Part shown: positions 8,430-17,867 of the stretch, piece by piece
Position numbering within the stretch: position 1 is the first letter of the stretch
Layout of the letters: every line of letters begins with the position of its first letter
Source of the DNA: Candidatus Heimdallarchaeota archaeon
GTDB lineage: Archaea > Asgardarchaeota > Heimdallarchaeia > Heimdallarchaeales > Heimdallarchaeaceae
Assembly: GCA_030603365.1 (NCBI GenBank)
Contig: JAUVXV010000001.1
Span: 96,001-160,000, forward strand
Direction of reading: 5' to 3'
DNA: 64,000 nt
The notes under the pieces: generated by a model
The model's database searches: none
What the model was told of the DNA's origin: nothing
The model's input: only the letters and a program-made list of their open reading frames with translations
Translations under genes and position numbers: made by a program

Positions 8430-10907
8430 GTGACATCGGTGAGTGATTTCGTTCCGAAACTAACTGAAAAAACATATGATCCTCAGAAGCAAGATTTGAT
8501 GCTTTTCAAGAAGTGGCAAGAAGAGAAGATTTTTGCTTTTAACAAATCATCAGGTAAACCTATCTTTAGTATTGATACCCCCCCTCCTTATGCAAATGCT
8601 CCTTGGCATATGGGCGGTGCGATACATTATAGCCAAATAGATATGATCGCTCGTTACAAACGTATGGCAGGTTACGAAATTTTGTTCCCAATGTGTTTAG
8701 ACCGTAATGGTCTTCCCATTGAAGTACAAGCTGAAAAGAAATTCAAGATATCTATGCATGATGTCCCAAGAGAAGACTTCCTTAATATGTGCAGACAGTT
8801 ACTAGATGAGGTAGGTGATCAAATCCTTGATATTTGTAAAATATTAGGTTTCAGCAATAATTCTCTTGAATGGGACGAAATTTACAAGACTGATGAAGAA
8901 CAATATCGAACTCTAACCCAAAGCACATTCATAAAATTGTTCAAAGAAGGACAGATCTATGAGGATGATAGACCAAATAACTACTGCACTCGCTGTAAAA
9001 CTACTATCGCCGATAATGAAATTGATTACAAATCAGGATCTCATACGTTGTATGATATTAGATTCAAAGTGAAAGAAACTGGTGAGGATCTTATCATTTC
9101 AACCTCTAGGCCTGAATTAATACCTGCAATTGGTGTAGTAATATTCAATCCGAAAGATGAACGATACCAATATTTAGGTGGAAAAACTGTAATAACTCCT
9201 TTGTTTGAAGATGAAGTACCAATAATGGCTCATCATTATGCGCAAATGGAATACGGTACTGGAATAATGATGGTTTGCGCTTATGGTGATTCAAGTGATG
9301 TTCAAATCTTCAGAGAATTAAAACTAAATCCAAAAACAATAATTGATACATCTGGAAAAATTACTGATAAAGTTCCTGAGTATGCTGGTTTGAAGGTGAA
9401 GGAAGCTAAAAAAGAAATAGCTGATAAGCTTGAGGCAGAAGGATATGTAGTAGATAAGGCTGATGCACCACATAATTTTCCAATTTGTTCTCGTTGTAAA
9501 ACTCTAGTAGAATTCCTTGCAATGCCCGAATACTACTTGAAACAGGTCGAATATCTTCCTAAACTTCATGAATATGCACAAGAAATGGAATTCTTCCCAC
9601 CATTTATGAGACAAGTGTGGGTAGACTGGTTAAACACTGTTTCAATTGATTGGCCAATTAGTAGAAGACGTTATTACGGAACTGAGGTTCCTGTTTGGTA
9701 CTGCAAAAGCTGTAACCATCCTAATCTTCCAGAACCTGGCAATTATTATCAACCTTGGAAAAATGATCCTCCATTTGAATCCTGCCAAAAGTGTGATAGT
9801 TCTGATGGTTTCATAGGAGACTTAAGAACATTTGATACTTGGATGGATTCTTCTCTCAGTGAGATATATACCATTATGCATCCTCATAATAAGAAAGATG
9901 AAACCTTATTCAATGAATTAATTCAAAGACCATATATCTGTGATGTAAGACCATCTGCAAAGGATATAGTAAGAACTTGGCTTCACTATACAATGTTAAG
10001 GGGTTTACAATTATACAATAAACCAGCCTTCAATTGCGCTTGGATTTCAGGTTTTGTGGTTGATAGTAAAGGAGAAAAGTTATCTAAGAGTGCAGGATCA
10101 ACGATTAAACCAGAGAACATGATAGAAAAATATGGTGGAGATGCAGTAAGGTTTTATGGTGCCGCAGAAGCTAGTCATGGGTCTGATATACGTTTTAACC
10201 AACAGCGACTTCAAGGAATATCTAAATTTATAAATAAATTTTACAACATTGCAAAATTCCTCAGCCGTTTTCCTATTATTACAAACAAGTCGGAAATTTC
10301 TCTTCAACCAGCTGATGAATGGATTCTATCTGAATTAGCTAGAGTAGTGGAAGAAGCAAAATCAGGATATGAGATTTTTGATTTTCAGATTCCAGCAAAG
10401 TCCCTTAGAAACTTCACTTGGGAAACTTTTGCATCACATTATGTGGAGCTAGTTAAAGGAAGAGCTTACAATAGAAATAATTCCTATGAAGAACGAGAAC
10501 AAAAAGCTGCTTGGTACACTCTTCATAAGGTTATGAAGGAATTAACAATAGTATTCGCTCCGATTATTCCCTTTGTTACAGATTTAATTTATAGAGGTAT
10601 TTACGATAAGACAGTTCACTTAGAAAAATACCCAGAAGGAAAGGAAATTATCGACAAACAACAATATCTCGAAATAACACCAACTCTTCTAGATTTAAAC
10701 TCAGCAATCTGGAAATACAAGAAGAGTAAGCAATTACCCTTAAACACACCAATTGAACAAGTTTACATGCCAGAAATACTGTTTCCATTAGCAAAGGATT
10801 TAGCATCTATGCATGCAATTGAGACATTAGTTAAGGAAAAAGATGAGATGCCAGAAGGAGATATCATTAGTATTAATGAAACTGAGAATATTGTCATTAG
10901 AATATAA
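8430..10907 (+). CDS. valS: Valyl-tRNA synthetase
   Basis: SIDTPPP, HMGG, DWPISRRRYYG, FDTWMDSS, KLSKS. Confidence 0.93.
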   Translation: MTSVSDFVPKLTEKTYDPQKQDLMLFKKWQEEKIFAFNKSSGKPIFSIDTPPPYANAPWHMGGAIHYSQIDMIARYKRMAGYEILFPMCLDRNGLPIEVQAEKKFKISMHDVPREDFLNMCRQLLDEVGDQILDICKILGFSNNSLEWDEIYKTDEEQYRTLTQSTFIKLFKEGQIYEDDRPNNYCTRCKTTIADNEIDYKSGSHTLYDIRFKVKETGEDLIISTSRPELIPAIGVVIFNPKDERYQYLGGKTVITPLFEDEVPIMAHHYAQMEYGTGIMMVCAYGDSSDVQIFRELKLNPKTIIDTSGKITDKVPEYAGLKVKEAKKEIADKLEAEGYVVDKADAPHNFPICSRCKTLVEFLAMPEYYLKQVEYLPKLHEYAQEMEFFPPFMRQVWVDWLNTVSIDWPISRRRYYGTEVPVWYCKSCNHPNLPEPGNYYQPWKNDPPFESCQKCDSSDGFIGDLRTFDTWMDSSLSEIYTIMHPHNKKDETLFNELIQRPYICDVRPSAKDIVRTWLHYTMLRGLQLYNKPAFNCAWISGFVVDSKGEKLSKSAGSTIKPENMIEKYGGDAVRFYGAAEASHGSDIRFNQQRLQGISKFINKFYNIAKFLSRFPIITNKSEISLQPADEWILSELARVVEEAKSGYEIFDFQIPAKSLRNFTWETFASHYVELVKGRAYNRNNSYEEREQKAAWYTLHKVMKELTIVFAPIIPFVTDLIYRGIYDKTVHLEKYPEGKEIIDKQQYLEITPTLLDLNSAIWKYKKSKQLPLNTPIEQVYMPEILFPLAKDLASMHAIETLVKEKDEMPEGDIISINETENIVIRI

Positions 10908-10980
10908 TTTGAAGAAATACTCTCTTTCTATTCTTTTTAAGTCATTAAAGAAAACCATTTTAAATATCAAATAGTCGAAT

Positions 10981-11092
10981 TTACTTGCTGGGTATTGAAG
11001 ATTACAATTTGTAATCGTTAATAAACCTTAAAAATTGTACTCATACCCGCTATTGTAGTCAGTAGTAACAAGATGTAACAGGAGAATTAAGA
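10981..11092 (+). promoter_or_regulatory. Putative structured 5' leader of the rpl22 operon
   Basis: GC-T-GGGTAT-T-GA/TCATACCCGC stem enclosing GATTACA/TGTAATC hairpin; TTTAAATA TATA-like box at ~10959. Confidence 0.45.
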
Positions 11093-11557
11093 TTGCCAAA
11101 ATATAAATATTCCATTCAAACAGATCCTGATAGGTCAGCAAAAGCCTCAGCACGAGAAATTGATATTAGTCGAAAGGCTGCTAGAGAAATATGCAATACA
11201 ATAAAAGGAATGACAATTCATCAGAGTATGGAATTTCTTGAGAGTGTTATTGCTAAAAAAATTGCTGTCCCCTATAGGCGACATAAAAGAAATGTTGGTC
11301 ATAAGAGTACAGTAATAGGTTGGGGTCCAGGAAGGTTTCCAGTTAAAGCTGCAAATGAAATTCTTAAAGTTGTAAAGAATCTTGAAAATAATGCTGAAAA
11401 CAACCAATTGCAACTGGATAGGTGTAAGATTACTCATGCTGTAACTTTACTAGGTTCGAAACAACAAGGGATTTTCCATAGAGCTCAAGGAAGATCGACA
11501 CCTAAAACAAGACAATTTGTTCATGTTGAGTTAGTAGCTGAAGTAGCTGAGATGTGA
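11093..11557 (+). CDS. rpl22: 50S ribosomal protein uL22
   Basis: ISRKAAREICNTIKGM, GRFPVKAA; TTG start with GGAG upstream. Confidence 0.96.
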   Translation: MPKYKYSIQTDPDRSAKASAREIDISRKAAREICNTIKGMTIHQSMEFLESVIAKKIAVPYRRHKRNVGHKSTVIGWGPGRFPVKAANEILKVVKNLENNAENNQLQLDRCKITHAVTLLGSKQQGIFHRAQGRSTPKTRQFVHVELVAEVAEM

Positions 11558-11562
11558 TAGAT

Positions 11563-12597
11563 ATGCCCACTACAAAAGATTACTTAATTAAAAAATACCA
11601 AAAAAACGCTATAGATGAATTTCTAGCACTAGAATTAAAGAATGCAGAATACGGGGGAGTTGAATTAAGACGAACACCTCTTGGAGACCGTGTGATTCTT
11701 CGAGTGGGAAGAGTAGGTTTAGCAATAGGGGGAAGAGGGAGAAATATTCATAGAATTACAGATGCCTTGCGTGAAACTTATGGTCTTGATAATCCACAAA
11801 TTGAGGTCGCAGAAGTAGAAAATCCTGAAATTGATGCACGAATTATGGCTTTTCGATTAGCTTCTTCACTAGAAAGAGGTCGTCACTTCAGAAGAAGTGC
11901 TCACGGTATTATTAGACGTATTTTGGCTAGTGGGGCCAAAGGTGTTGAAATAAAGATTAGTGGAAAAATAACCAGCCAAAGATCAAGAGTCGAAACTTTT
12001 AGAGCTGGATTTGTTGCAAAAGCTGGAGATCCTGCTGATCGGTATGTGGATTTAGGTAAAGCTCAAGCTCTTATTAGACGAGGATTACTGGGAATTCAAG
12101 TTCGTATAATGCGTGGTGATGCAATTCTTCCCGACGACATTGAAATCGAAGCTGAACCAACTTCAACATCAATGATAGTTGATACAGGCCCAGAAGAACC
12201 AGAGATTGCTGAAGAAATTAGTGAAGAAGTCATTGATGAATTAGAGGAATACCCAGATATAGAAGAAGAGCTAGAACAAATAGCCGAAGAAGTTTCTTCG
12301 AAAACCAAGGCTGATGACGTATTACAAGAACTAGATGAAGTTGATAAAGCATCAAAAGCAAAACAAAAGAAAATATCGAAGAAAGTTGAGAAGGAACCAG
12401 AAACCTCAGAAACCAAAGTCAAAGAAACCAAGCCAAAAGAGACTAAAGTCAAAGAAACCAAGCCAAAAGAGACCAAAGTCAAAGAAACCAAGCCAAAAGA
12501 GACCAAAGTCAAAGAAACCAAGCCAAAAGAGACTAAAGCCACTAAATCTGAAGAAGTTAAAGAAACCAAATCAAAATCGAAAGCAAAAGAAGAGTAA
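11563..12597 (+). CDS. rps3: 30S ribosomal protein uS3 with acidic and KETK-repeat C-terminal extension
   Basis: KH domain IGGRGRNI, GAKGVEIKISGK; about 140 aa low-complexity tail. Confidence 0.96.
   Translation: MPTTKDYLIKKYQKNAIDEFLALELKNAEYGGVELRRTPLGDRVILRVGRVGLAIGGRGRNIHRITDALRETYGLDNPQIEVAEVENPEIDARIMAFRLASSLERGRHFRRSAHGIIRRILASGAKGVEIKISGKITSQRSRVETFRAGFVAKAGDPADRYVDLGKAQALIRRGLLGIQVRIMRGDAILPDDIEIEAEPTSTSMIVDTGPEEPEIAEEISEEVIDELEEYPDIEEELEQIAEEVSSKTKADDVLQELDEVDKASKAKQKKISKKVEKEPETSETKVKETKPKETKVKETKPKETKVKETKPKETKVKETKPKETKATKSEEVKETKSKSKAKEE
12409..12538 (+). repeat. 30-nt coding tandem repeat, about 4.3 copies (ETKVKETKPK)
   Basis: GA(A/G)AC(C/T)AAAGTCAAAGAAACCAAGCCAAAA units at 12409, 12439, 12469, 12499. 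Confidence 0.95.
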
Positions 12598-12606
12598 GGT
12601 GTAAAA

Positions 12607-12810
12607 ATGGCATTAATCAGAAATAGCGAAATAAGAAAAATGAACAAAGATCAAAGACTTAGAAAGCTAGAAGAGTTTAAGAAAAAACTCTTTACTGTCA
12701 AATCTGAACTATCATCGGGAGGTTCTATTGAGAATCCCGGTCAGATTCAAGAATATAAAAAAGCCATTGCAAGGATCAAGACAATTATGGTTGAGTTAGA
12801 TGAAATTTAA
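12607..12810 (+). CDS. rpl29: 50S ribosomal protein uL29
   Basis: EIRKM...ENPGQIQEYKKAIARIKT; synteny. Confidence 0.93.
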   Translation: MALIRNSEIRKMNKDQRLRKLEEFKKKLFTVKSELSSGGSIENPGQIQEYKKAIARIKTIMVELDEI

Positions 12811-13118
12811 TGTCAAATAAAAATAAGAAAGATTGTAAAAAAGCTTCAGTTTGGAAGCAACTTACTTTGTCTTTGATAGGTTTGAAAGTTTGGATTGTAA
12901 AAAGTTCTTCAAAAGACTTGGAGGGAATAAAGGGTATTATTAGGGATGAAACCCATAATTTACTTAAAATTGAAACAAAAAACAAACTTTTGTCAATACC
13001 AAAATCCCATCAAATTTTTACGATAGAAATCAAGGATGGATCAAAGTTATTAGTTGATGGTCAACTTCTAGTTGGTAATCCTGAGAACAGAATTAAGAAA
13101 AAAATAAGAAACTGGTAG
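12810..13118 (+). CDS. rnp1: RNase P protein component 1 (Rpp29/POP4)
   Basis: LIGLKVWI...GIKGIIRDETHN...IPK...VDGQLLVGNPENR; canonical position. Confidence 0.9.
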   Translation: MSNKNKKDCKKASVWKQLTLSLIGLKVWIVKSSSKDLEGIKGIIRDETHNLLKIETKNKLLSIPKSHQIFTIEIKDGSKLLVDGQLLVGNPENRIKKKIRNW

Positions 13119-13248
13119 AATCAAACTGATTTAGATTTTCAGTTTTTATAAGCGGAACTTATTGTTTACAAAATACTTCACTATAAAAAATATTAAAAAG
13201 ATATAAGTTTGCAGAAACTTGAAACATATTCGTATAGAATACAGATTC

Positions 13249-13354
13249 GTACAGGTAATTGACGTCTTACTTCAAAATAATTTGAAGCTATGATTGCTTT
13301 CCTTGGTTTTCAAAACGAGGAAATGCATGGGTATAAGACGCTGTACCGAGGTGA
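13249..13354 (+). promoter_or_regulatory. Putative multi-branched RNA leader upstream of rps17
   Basis: Nested stems GTACAG/CTGTAC, CGTCTTA/TAAGACG, CTTCAAA/TTTGAAG, TTTCCTT/GAGGAAA, ending 1 nt before the SD GAGGTGA. Confidence 0.6.
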
Positions 13355-13360
13355 AAAAAA

Positions 13361-13693
13361 ATGAGTAAAGTAAGGAATATAGGTATTCCCGGTGTTGAAC
13401 CACCTTCTACTGAGTGTGATGATATAAGATGTCCTTTTCATGGAAGTCTTCCTGTAAGAGGAAGAATATTCACAGGAAAGGTGGTTTCTGACAAAATGAG
13501 AAGAACTGTTGTTATTAGACGAGATTATCTGAAGTATGTTAAAAAATACCGAAGATACGAACGTGCTCATGGGAAAATTTCTGCTCACAATCCTCCTTGT
13601 TTGAACGTAAAAGAAGGAGATATAGTTGTGGCAGCAGAGTGTAGGCCACTAGCTAAGACTGTAGGTTTTGTCGTGGTTCAGAAAGTAAGTTAA
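13361..13693 (+). CDS. rps17: 30S ribosomal protein uS17
   Basis: [27 protein letters not shown]. Confidence 0.97.
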   Translation: MSKVRNIGIPGVEPPSTECDDIRCPFHGSLPVRGRIFTGKVVSDKMRRTVVIRRDYLKYVKKYRRYERAHGKISAHNPPCLNVKEGDIVVAAECRPLAKTVGFVVVQKVS

Positions 13694-13702
13694 GGTGATC
13701 AA

Positions 13703-14119
13703 ATGGCAAAGAGAAAAGTTATTGGTAGACCCCAAGTACATATTTCCAAAGGGTTAATAGTTGGTTCTAAAATAAAGAGCGCAGATAATTCTGGAGCACG
13801 CATTGTACAAATTATAGCTGTTAAGAACTACAGAGGTAGACTTAATCGAATTCCCAAAGCATCAGTTGCAGATATGGTAATAGTATCTGTTAAACAAGGA
13901 ACTCCACAGAGAAGAAAACAAATTTTTCCTGCTGTGATTGTAAGACAAAAACTAGCTTTTCGTCGTAGATCGGGCGATTGGATCCAGTTTGAAGAGAATG
14001 CAGTAGTTTTGACAAATGAAGTAGGTGACCCATTAGGGAGTGAAATTCGAGGTCCAGTAGCTAAAGAAGCAGCTGAAAGATGGCCAAGAATCGCACATCA
14101 AGCTTCGATAATAGTGTAG
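13703..14119 (+). CDS. rpl14: 50S ribosomal protein uL14
   Basis: ADNSGAR, AVIVRQ, FEENAVV, GPVAKEAAERWPRIA. Confidence 0.97.
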   Translation: MAKRKVIGRPQVHISKGLIVGSKIKSADNSGARIVQIIAVKNYRGRLNRIPKASVADMVIVSVKQGTPQRRKQIFPAVIVRQKLAFRRRSGDWIQFEENAVVLTNEVGDPLGSEIRGPVAKEAAERWPRIAHQASIIV

Positions 14120-14695
14120 GTGAAAATGATGAAACAAACACAATCAAAACAACCTCGAAAACAGAGAAAAAGCCATTTTAAAGCTGATTATCATCTGAGG
14201 AATCGAAAAATGACTGCACTTCTATCTCATTCCTTGAGAGAAAAATATGGTATCAAACGTCTCCCTATTCATAAAGACGATAAAGTGATAGTTTACAAAA
14301 ATGTATCAAAAGATGAGGAAATCAAGGGAAAAGTGATACGAGTTATTCCCCAGAGATTTTCTATTCATGTTGAAGGACACAGTAAAGAAAAAGCTGATGG
14401 TACAATTGTTAGTTTTCCAGTTCATCCAAGTAATATTGTTATTACAGCTCTAAATCTTAGAGATAAGAAAAGACGTGAGATAATTAAAAGACGTTCAGGA
14501 AAAGAAATCACAGAAGAAGAGCTAACAGAAGGAATTTTCGATGATGAGGAAGAACTCGAAGAAGAGCTTGAAGCTGATGATGCTTTAGAAAGTGAAGATT
14601 TACTAGATGAAGAATTTGAAGAAATAGAACTGGATGAACCCGAGGAAGAACTCAAAGAAGAATCCGAAGTTGAACAAGAGGAGGAATCATCATGA
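14120..14695 (+). CDS. rpl24: 50S ribosomal protein uL24 with acidic tail
   Basis: SKQPRKQRK, LREKYG, VHPSNIVI; about 60 aa D/E-rich tail. Confidence 0.95.
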   Translation: MKMMKQTQSKQPRKQRKSHFKADYHLRNRKMTALLSHSLREKYGIKRLPIHKDDKVIVYKNVSKDEEIKGKVIRVIPQRFSIHVEGHSKEKADGTIVSFPVHPSNIVITALNLRDKKRREIIKRRSGKEITEEELTEGIFDDEEELEEELEADDALESEDLLDEEFEEIELDEPEEELKEESEVEQEEESS

Positions 14696-15438
14696 CAAAG
14701 GGTGGAGGAAAACGACACTTAAAACGATATGTTGTTTCTAAACACATTCCAATCCATAAAAAAGCTTTCACATTTACAGTAAGACCAGCTCCTGGTCCTC
14801 ATTCAGCAGATGACAGTATCCCTGTAGCAATTTTGCTCAGAGATATGTTTCAATATGCACGAAATATGAGTGAAGTTAAACGAATTTTATTTGAGAGAAA
14901 TGTGGTAATTGATGGTAAAGTAAAAATCAACAGAAAGCATCCTCTAGGATTCATGGATGTTGTTTCTTTACCTAAAATGCAGAAACACTTCAGAATGGTT
15001 TATGCGCTTAAACAAGGATTAAGAGCTGTTCCAATTAAAGAAGCTGAAACAAAAGAAAAACTGTGTAAGATAAAAAACAAAACCGCAATAAAAGAAGGAC
15101 TGATACAGCTTAATCTACATGATGGAAGAAATATAGTTCTCAGTAAAGATGAAACTGCAAAATCTTCCTATTCAACCCATGATACCATAAAAATCTCTCT
15201 TCCTAATCAACAAATAATTGAAAAATATGAGTTGAAAGTTGGAAATTATGGCTTTGTAACTAGTGGTAGATGGATGGGTATGCACGGAACCATTGAAGAG
15301 ATTAGTACCCATGGTACTAACAAGACAAAAACAGTTACATTGAGTACTCCTGAAGGAGAACAATTAGTTACTCTTCTCAGATATATCTTCGTTGTAGGGA
15401 ACAAATCCCCAAGTGTAACTATTACTAGCGAGAAGTAG
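14692..15438 (+). CDS. rps4e: 30S ribosomal protein eS4
   Basis: RHLKR, RPAPGPH, GFMDVVS, QLNLHDGRNI. Confidence 0.97.
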   Translation: MTKGGGKRHLKRYVVSKHIPIHKKAFTFTVRPAPGPHSADDSIPVAILLRDMFQYARNMSEVKRILFERNVVIDGKVKINRKHPLGFMDVVSLPKMQKHFRMVYALKQGLRAVPIKEAETKEKLCKIKNKTAIKEGLIQLNLHDGRNIVLSKDETAKSSYSTHDTIKISLPNQQIIEKYELKVGNYGFVTSGRWMGMHGTIEEISTHGTNKTKTVTLSTPEGEQLVTLLRYIFVVGNKSPSVTITSEK

Positions 15439-15448
15439 GTGAAGAAGG

Positions 15449-16015
15449 ATGACAGAAGAAGTTATGGAAGAAGAACAATTTGTACCCCGATTCGCTGAAG
15501 AATGGGAAAAACACCCTATGAAAAAACCAAGATTAAAAGCTCTTATTGTAAATACTTGTGTTGGTGAATCTGGTCCTACATATGAAAGAGCAAAAAGTAT
15601 ACTCCGTCAAATCACAAATAGGGAACCAGTAGAAAAACCAGCAAAAGAATCTATAAGGGGATTTGGAATTCGTAAAGGAGAACCCATCGCTGCAGTAGTG
15701 ACTATACGAGGAGAAGAAGCACAAACCTTGCTCAGAAGATTTCTATATGCTTATGATTATGAAATCAAATCAAGTTCTTTCGATCAACAAGGAAACTTTG
15801 CTTTTGGAATTACTGAACACGTTGATATTGAAGACGCTCCTTTTGATCCAATGCTAGGAACAATTGGTTTCAATGTAGTCGTAAAGATTGAGAGACCAGG
15901 ATACAGAGTAAAATATAGGCAAAGAAAGAGACAAAAACTCCCTAAGAAACATTTTGTATCTCCTGAAGAAGCAATGGAGTTTGTGACAACTGAATTTGAT
16001 ATTAAGGTTATTTAG
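15449..16015 (+). CDS. rpl5: 50S ribosomal protein uL5
   Basis: FGIRKGEPIA, FDQQGNFAFGITEH, RPGYRV. Confidence 0.97.
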   Translation: MTEEVMEEEQFVPRFAEEWEKHPMKKPRLKALIVNTCVGESGPTYERAKSILRQITNREPVEKPAKESIRGFGIRKGEPIAAVVTIRGEEAQTLLRRFLYAYDYEIKSSSFDQQGNFAFGITEHVDIEDAPFDPMLGTIGFNVVVKIERPGYRVKYRQRKRQKLPKKHFVSPEEAMEFVTTEFDIKVI

Positions 16016-16024
16016 GTGACGGAA

Positions 16025-16192
16025 ATGCAGATAAAACGAGAAATCAAATATGGAAAAGGATCAAGAACATGCAGACGTTGTGGAACTCATAAAGCTATCA
16101 TTAGGAGAGGAGGTCTATTTGTTTGCCGCCGCTGCATAAGAGAGATTTATTCAAATATCGGCTTCAAAAAGACAGGAAGTCGTGGAGGATAG
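16025..16192 (+). CDS. rps14: 30S ribosomal protein uS14, Zn-binding type (absent from ORF track)
   Basis: Manual translation [55 protein letters not shown]; GGTGA SD. Confidence 0.95.
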   Translation: MQIKREIKYGKGSRTCRRCGTHKAIIRRGGLFVCRRCIREIYSNIGFKKTGSRGG

Positions 16193-16196
16193 AAAA

Positions 16197-16586
16197 ATGC
16201 AAATGGATACTCTAGCAGATACAATGTCTGCTATACTAAATGCAGAGAAAACAGGTAAAAAGACCGTCACTGTTAAACCAGCAAGTAAGATGATTGCAAA
16301 TGTTCTAAGAACAGCTCAACGAGCAGGTTATCTTGGAGAACTCGAATACATCGAAAATAATCGCGGTGGAATGTTCGAGATTCAATTGTTGGGACGTATC
16401 AATAAATGTGGTGTTATTAAACCTCGTTTTCCAGTGAAAAAAGATCATCTAGAAGACGAAGAAAGAAAGTTTCTACCCGCAAGAGGTTTTGGAATTCTCA
16501 TAATGACAACTCCTGAAGGCGTGATGACCCATGAAGATGCTAAAGAAAAAGCAATAGGTGGTCGTCTAGTGGCCTATATATATTAA
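16197..16586 (+). CDS. rps8: 30S ribosomal protein uS8
   Basis: LGRINKCGVIKPRF, FLPARGFGILIMTT. Confidence 0.97.
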   Translation: MQMDTLADTMSAILNAEKTGKKTVTVKPASKMIANVLRTAQRAGYLGELEYIENNRGGMFEIQLLGRINKCGVIKPRFPVKKDHLEDEERKFLPARGFGILIMTTPEGVMTHEDAKEKAIGGRLVAYIY

Positions 16587-16597
16587 GGTGATATGTA

Positions 16598-17149
16598 ATG
16601 AAGCAACTCTATGTAGAAGCAGCAATTGATATTCCTGAAGAATTGAAATTAAACATAAAAGACAAAGTTGTTACAGTAGAAGGACCTAAAGGAACTCTAA
16701 TTAGAAACTTTGAAAATGTTGATTTTGAAATAAACAAAAAAGGGAAAAAGGTCAATATTAAAGCCTATTACATCAATAAAAAGCGAAAAGCAGCTACTCT
16801 TGCTGTTGTGGGTTATATCAATAATATGATTAAAGGCGTGTCACAAGGGTATGTCTATAAATCAAAAATAATCTTTAGTCACTTTCCTATAACAGTTGAA
16901 CCAGATAACAAAAAGAAAATTGTAACTATCAAGAACCTTTATGGTGGAAGGAAAAACATTATTGTAAGAATTATGGGTCAAGAAACCAAAGTTTCTATAG
17001 ATAAGGACGATGTAATTATTGAAGGAATTGACAAAGAAGCTGTTGGTCAAACTACAGCAAACATGCAAGAAGCTTGCAGATTGCGTGGTAAGAGAAAGAA
17101 AGATCCTGAAACTTTTATGGATGGCGTATGGTTGTGGCATAAAGAATAG
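16598..17149 (+). CDS. rpl6: 50S ribosomal protein uL6
   Basis: VEGPKGTL, NMIKGV, SHFPI, KDPETFMDG. Confidence 0.97.
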   Translation: MKQLYVEAAIDIPEELKLNIKDKVVTVEGPKGTLIRNFENVDFEINKKGKKVNIKAYYINKKRKAATLAVVGYINNMIKGVSQGYVYKSKIIFSHFPITVEPDNKKKIVTIKNLYGGRKNIIVRIMGQETKVSIDKDDVIIEGIDKEAVGQTTANMQEACRLRGKRKKDPETFMDGVWLWHKE

Positions 17150-17312
17150 CCACATCTATTTTTATTTTTTATTTCGAATTAACTCTATTTCATAGTGCTG
17201 TTTCTTGAAAATTAATACATCTAAATCATTTTCACAATTTCTTAACAATAAAAAGTATTAAAAACTCAAGAAGGAAGGTAGCGTACATTACAAAGGTAAC
17301 ATTCTACTGTGA

Positions 17313-17849
17313 GTGCCTATGACAATCAATAAAAAGAAATTATTGGAAAAACGAAAAAAAATCAATGCTCGTAGACCAAAGTTTGTACGTCAAGAAAGTT
17401 GGCGATACAACCGTGTCAAAAAGAGTTGGCGTAAGCCAAAGGGTATTGATAATAAAATGTTGGAAAAGCGAAGAGGTTACCCTTCGATGGTTAGCATCGG
17501 TTATAGGGGACCTAAAGCTGTCAGAGGTCTACATCCTTCGGGTTATCAGGTAGTTCATGTTGCAAATATCTACGAACTTGACGAAGTAGATAAAGAAAAC
17601 GAAGCAATTATTATTAAGCACACTGTAGGTGCTCGAAAACGGCAGACTATTATAGACACTGCGTCCGATTTGGGGCTTAAAGTACTTAATCCTCCTTCTC
17701 GAGTAGAAGAATTTGGTGAAGTACTCGAAGAAGGTTTGCTTGAAGAAGAATATGAACTCCTTGATGATGAATTCGAACTCGATGAAGAGATCGAAATGGA
17801 TGAAGACCTAGAATCAGATGAAGACCTAGAGGAGGAATCTTCATCATAA
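17313..17849 (+). CDS. rpl32e: 50S ribosomal protein eL32 with acidic tail
   Basis: RPKFVRQES, WRKPKGIDNK, RGLHPSG. Confidence 0.96.
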   Translation: MPMTINKKKLLEKRKKINARRPKFVRQESWRYNRVKKSWRKPKGIDNKMLEKRRGYPSMVSIGYRGPKAVRGLHPSGYQVVHVANIYELDEVDKENEAIIIKHTVGARKRQTIIDTASDLGLKVLNPPSRVEEFGEVLEEGLLEEEYELLDDEFELDEEIEMDEDLESDEDLEEESSS

Positions 17850-17867
17850 AGAAAACTGAAGTGAGGT

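Noticed and set aside
12096-12647. Antisense and alternate-frame ORFs over rps3, rpl24, rpl32e, rps4 and rps11 tails
   Set aside because: Shadows of stop-poor repeats and low-complexity coding sequence.
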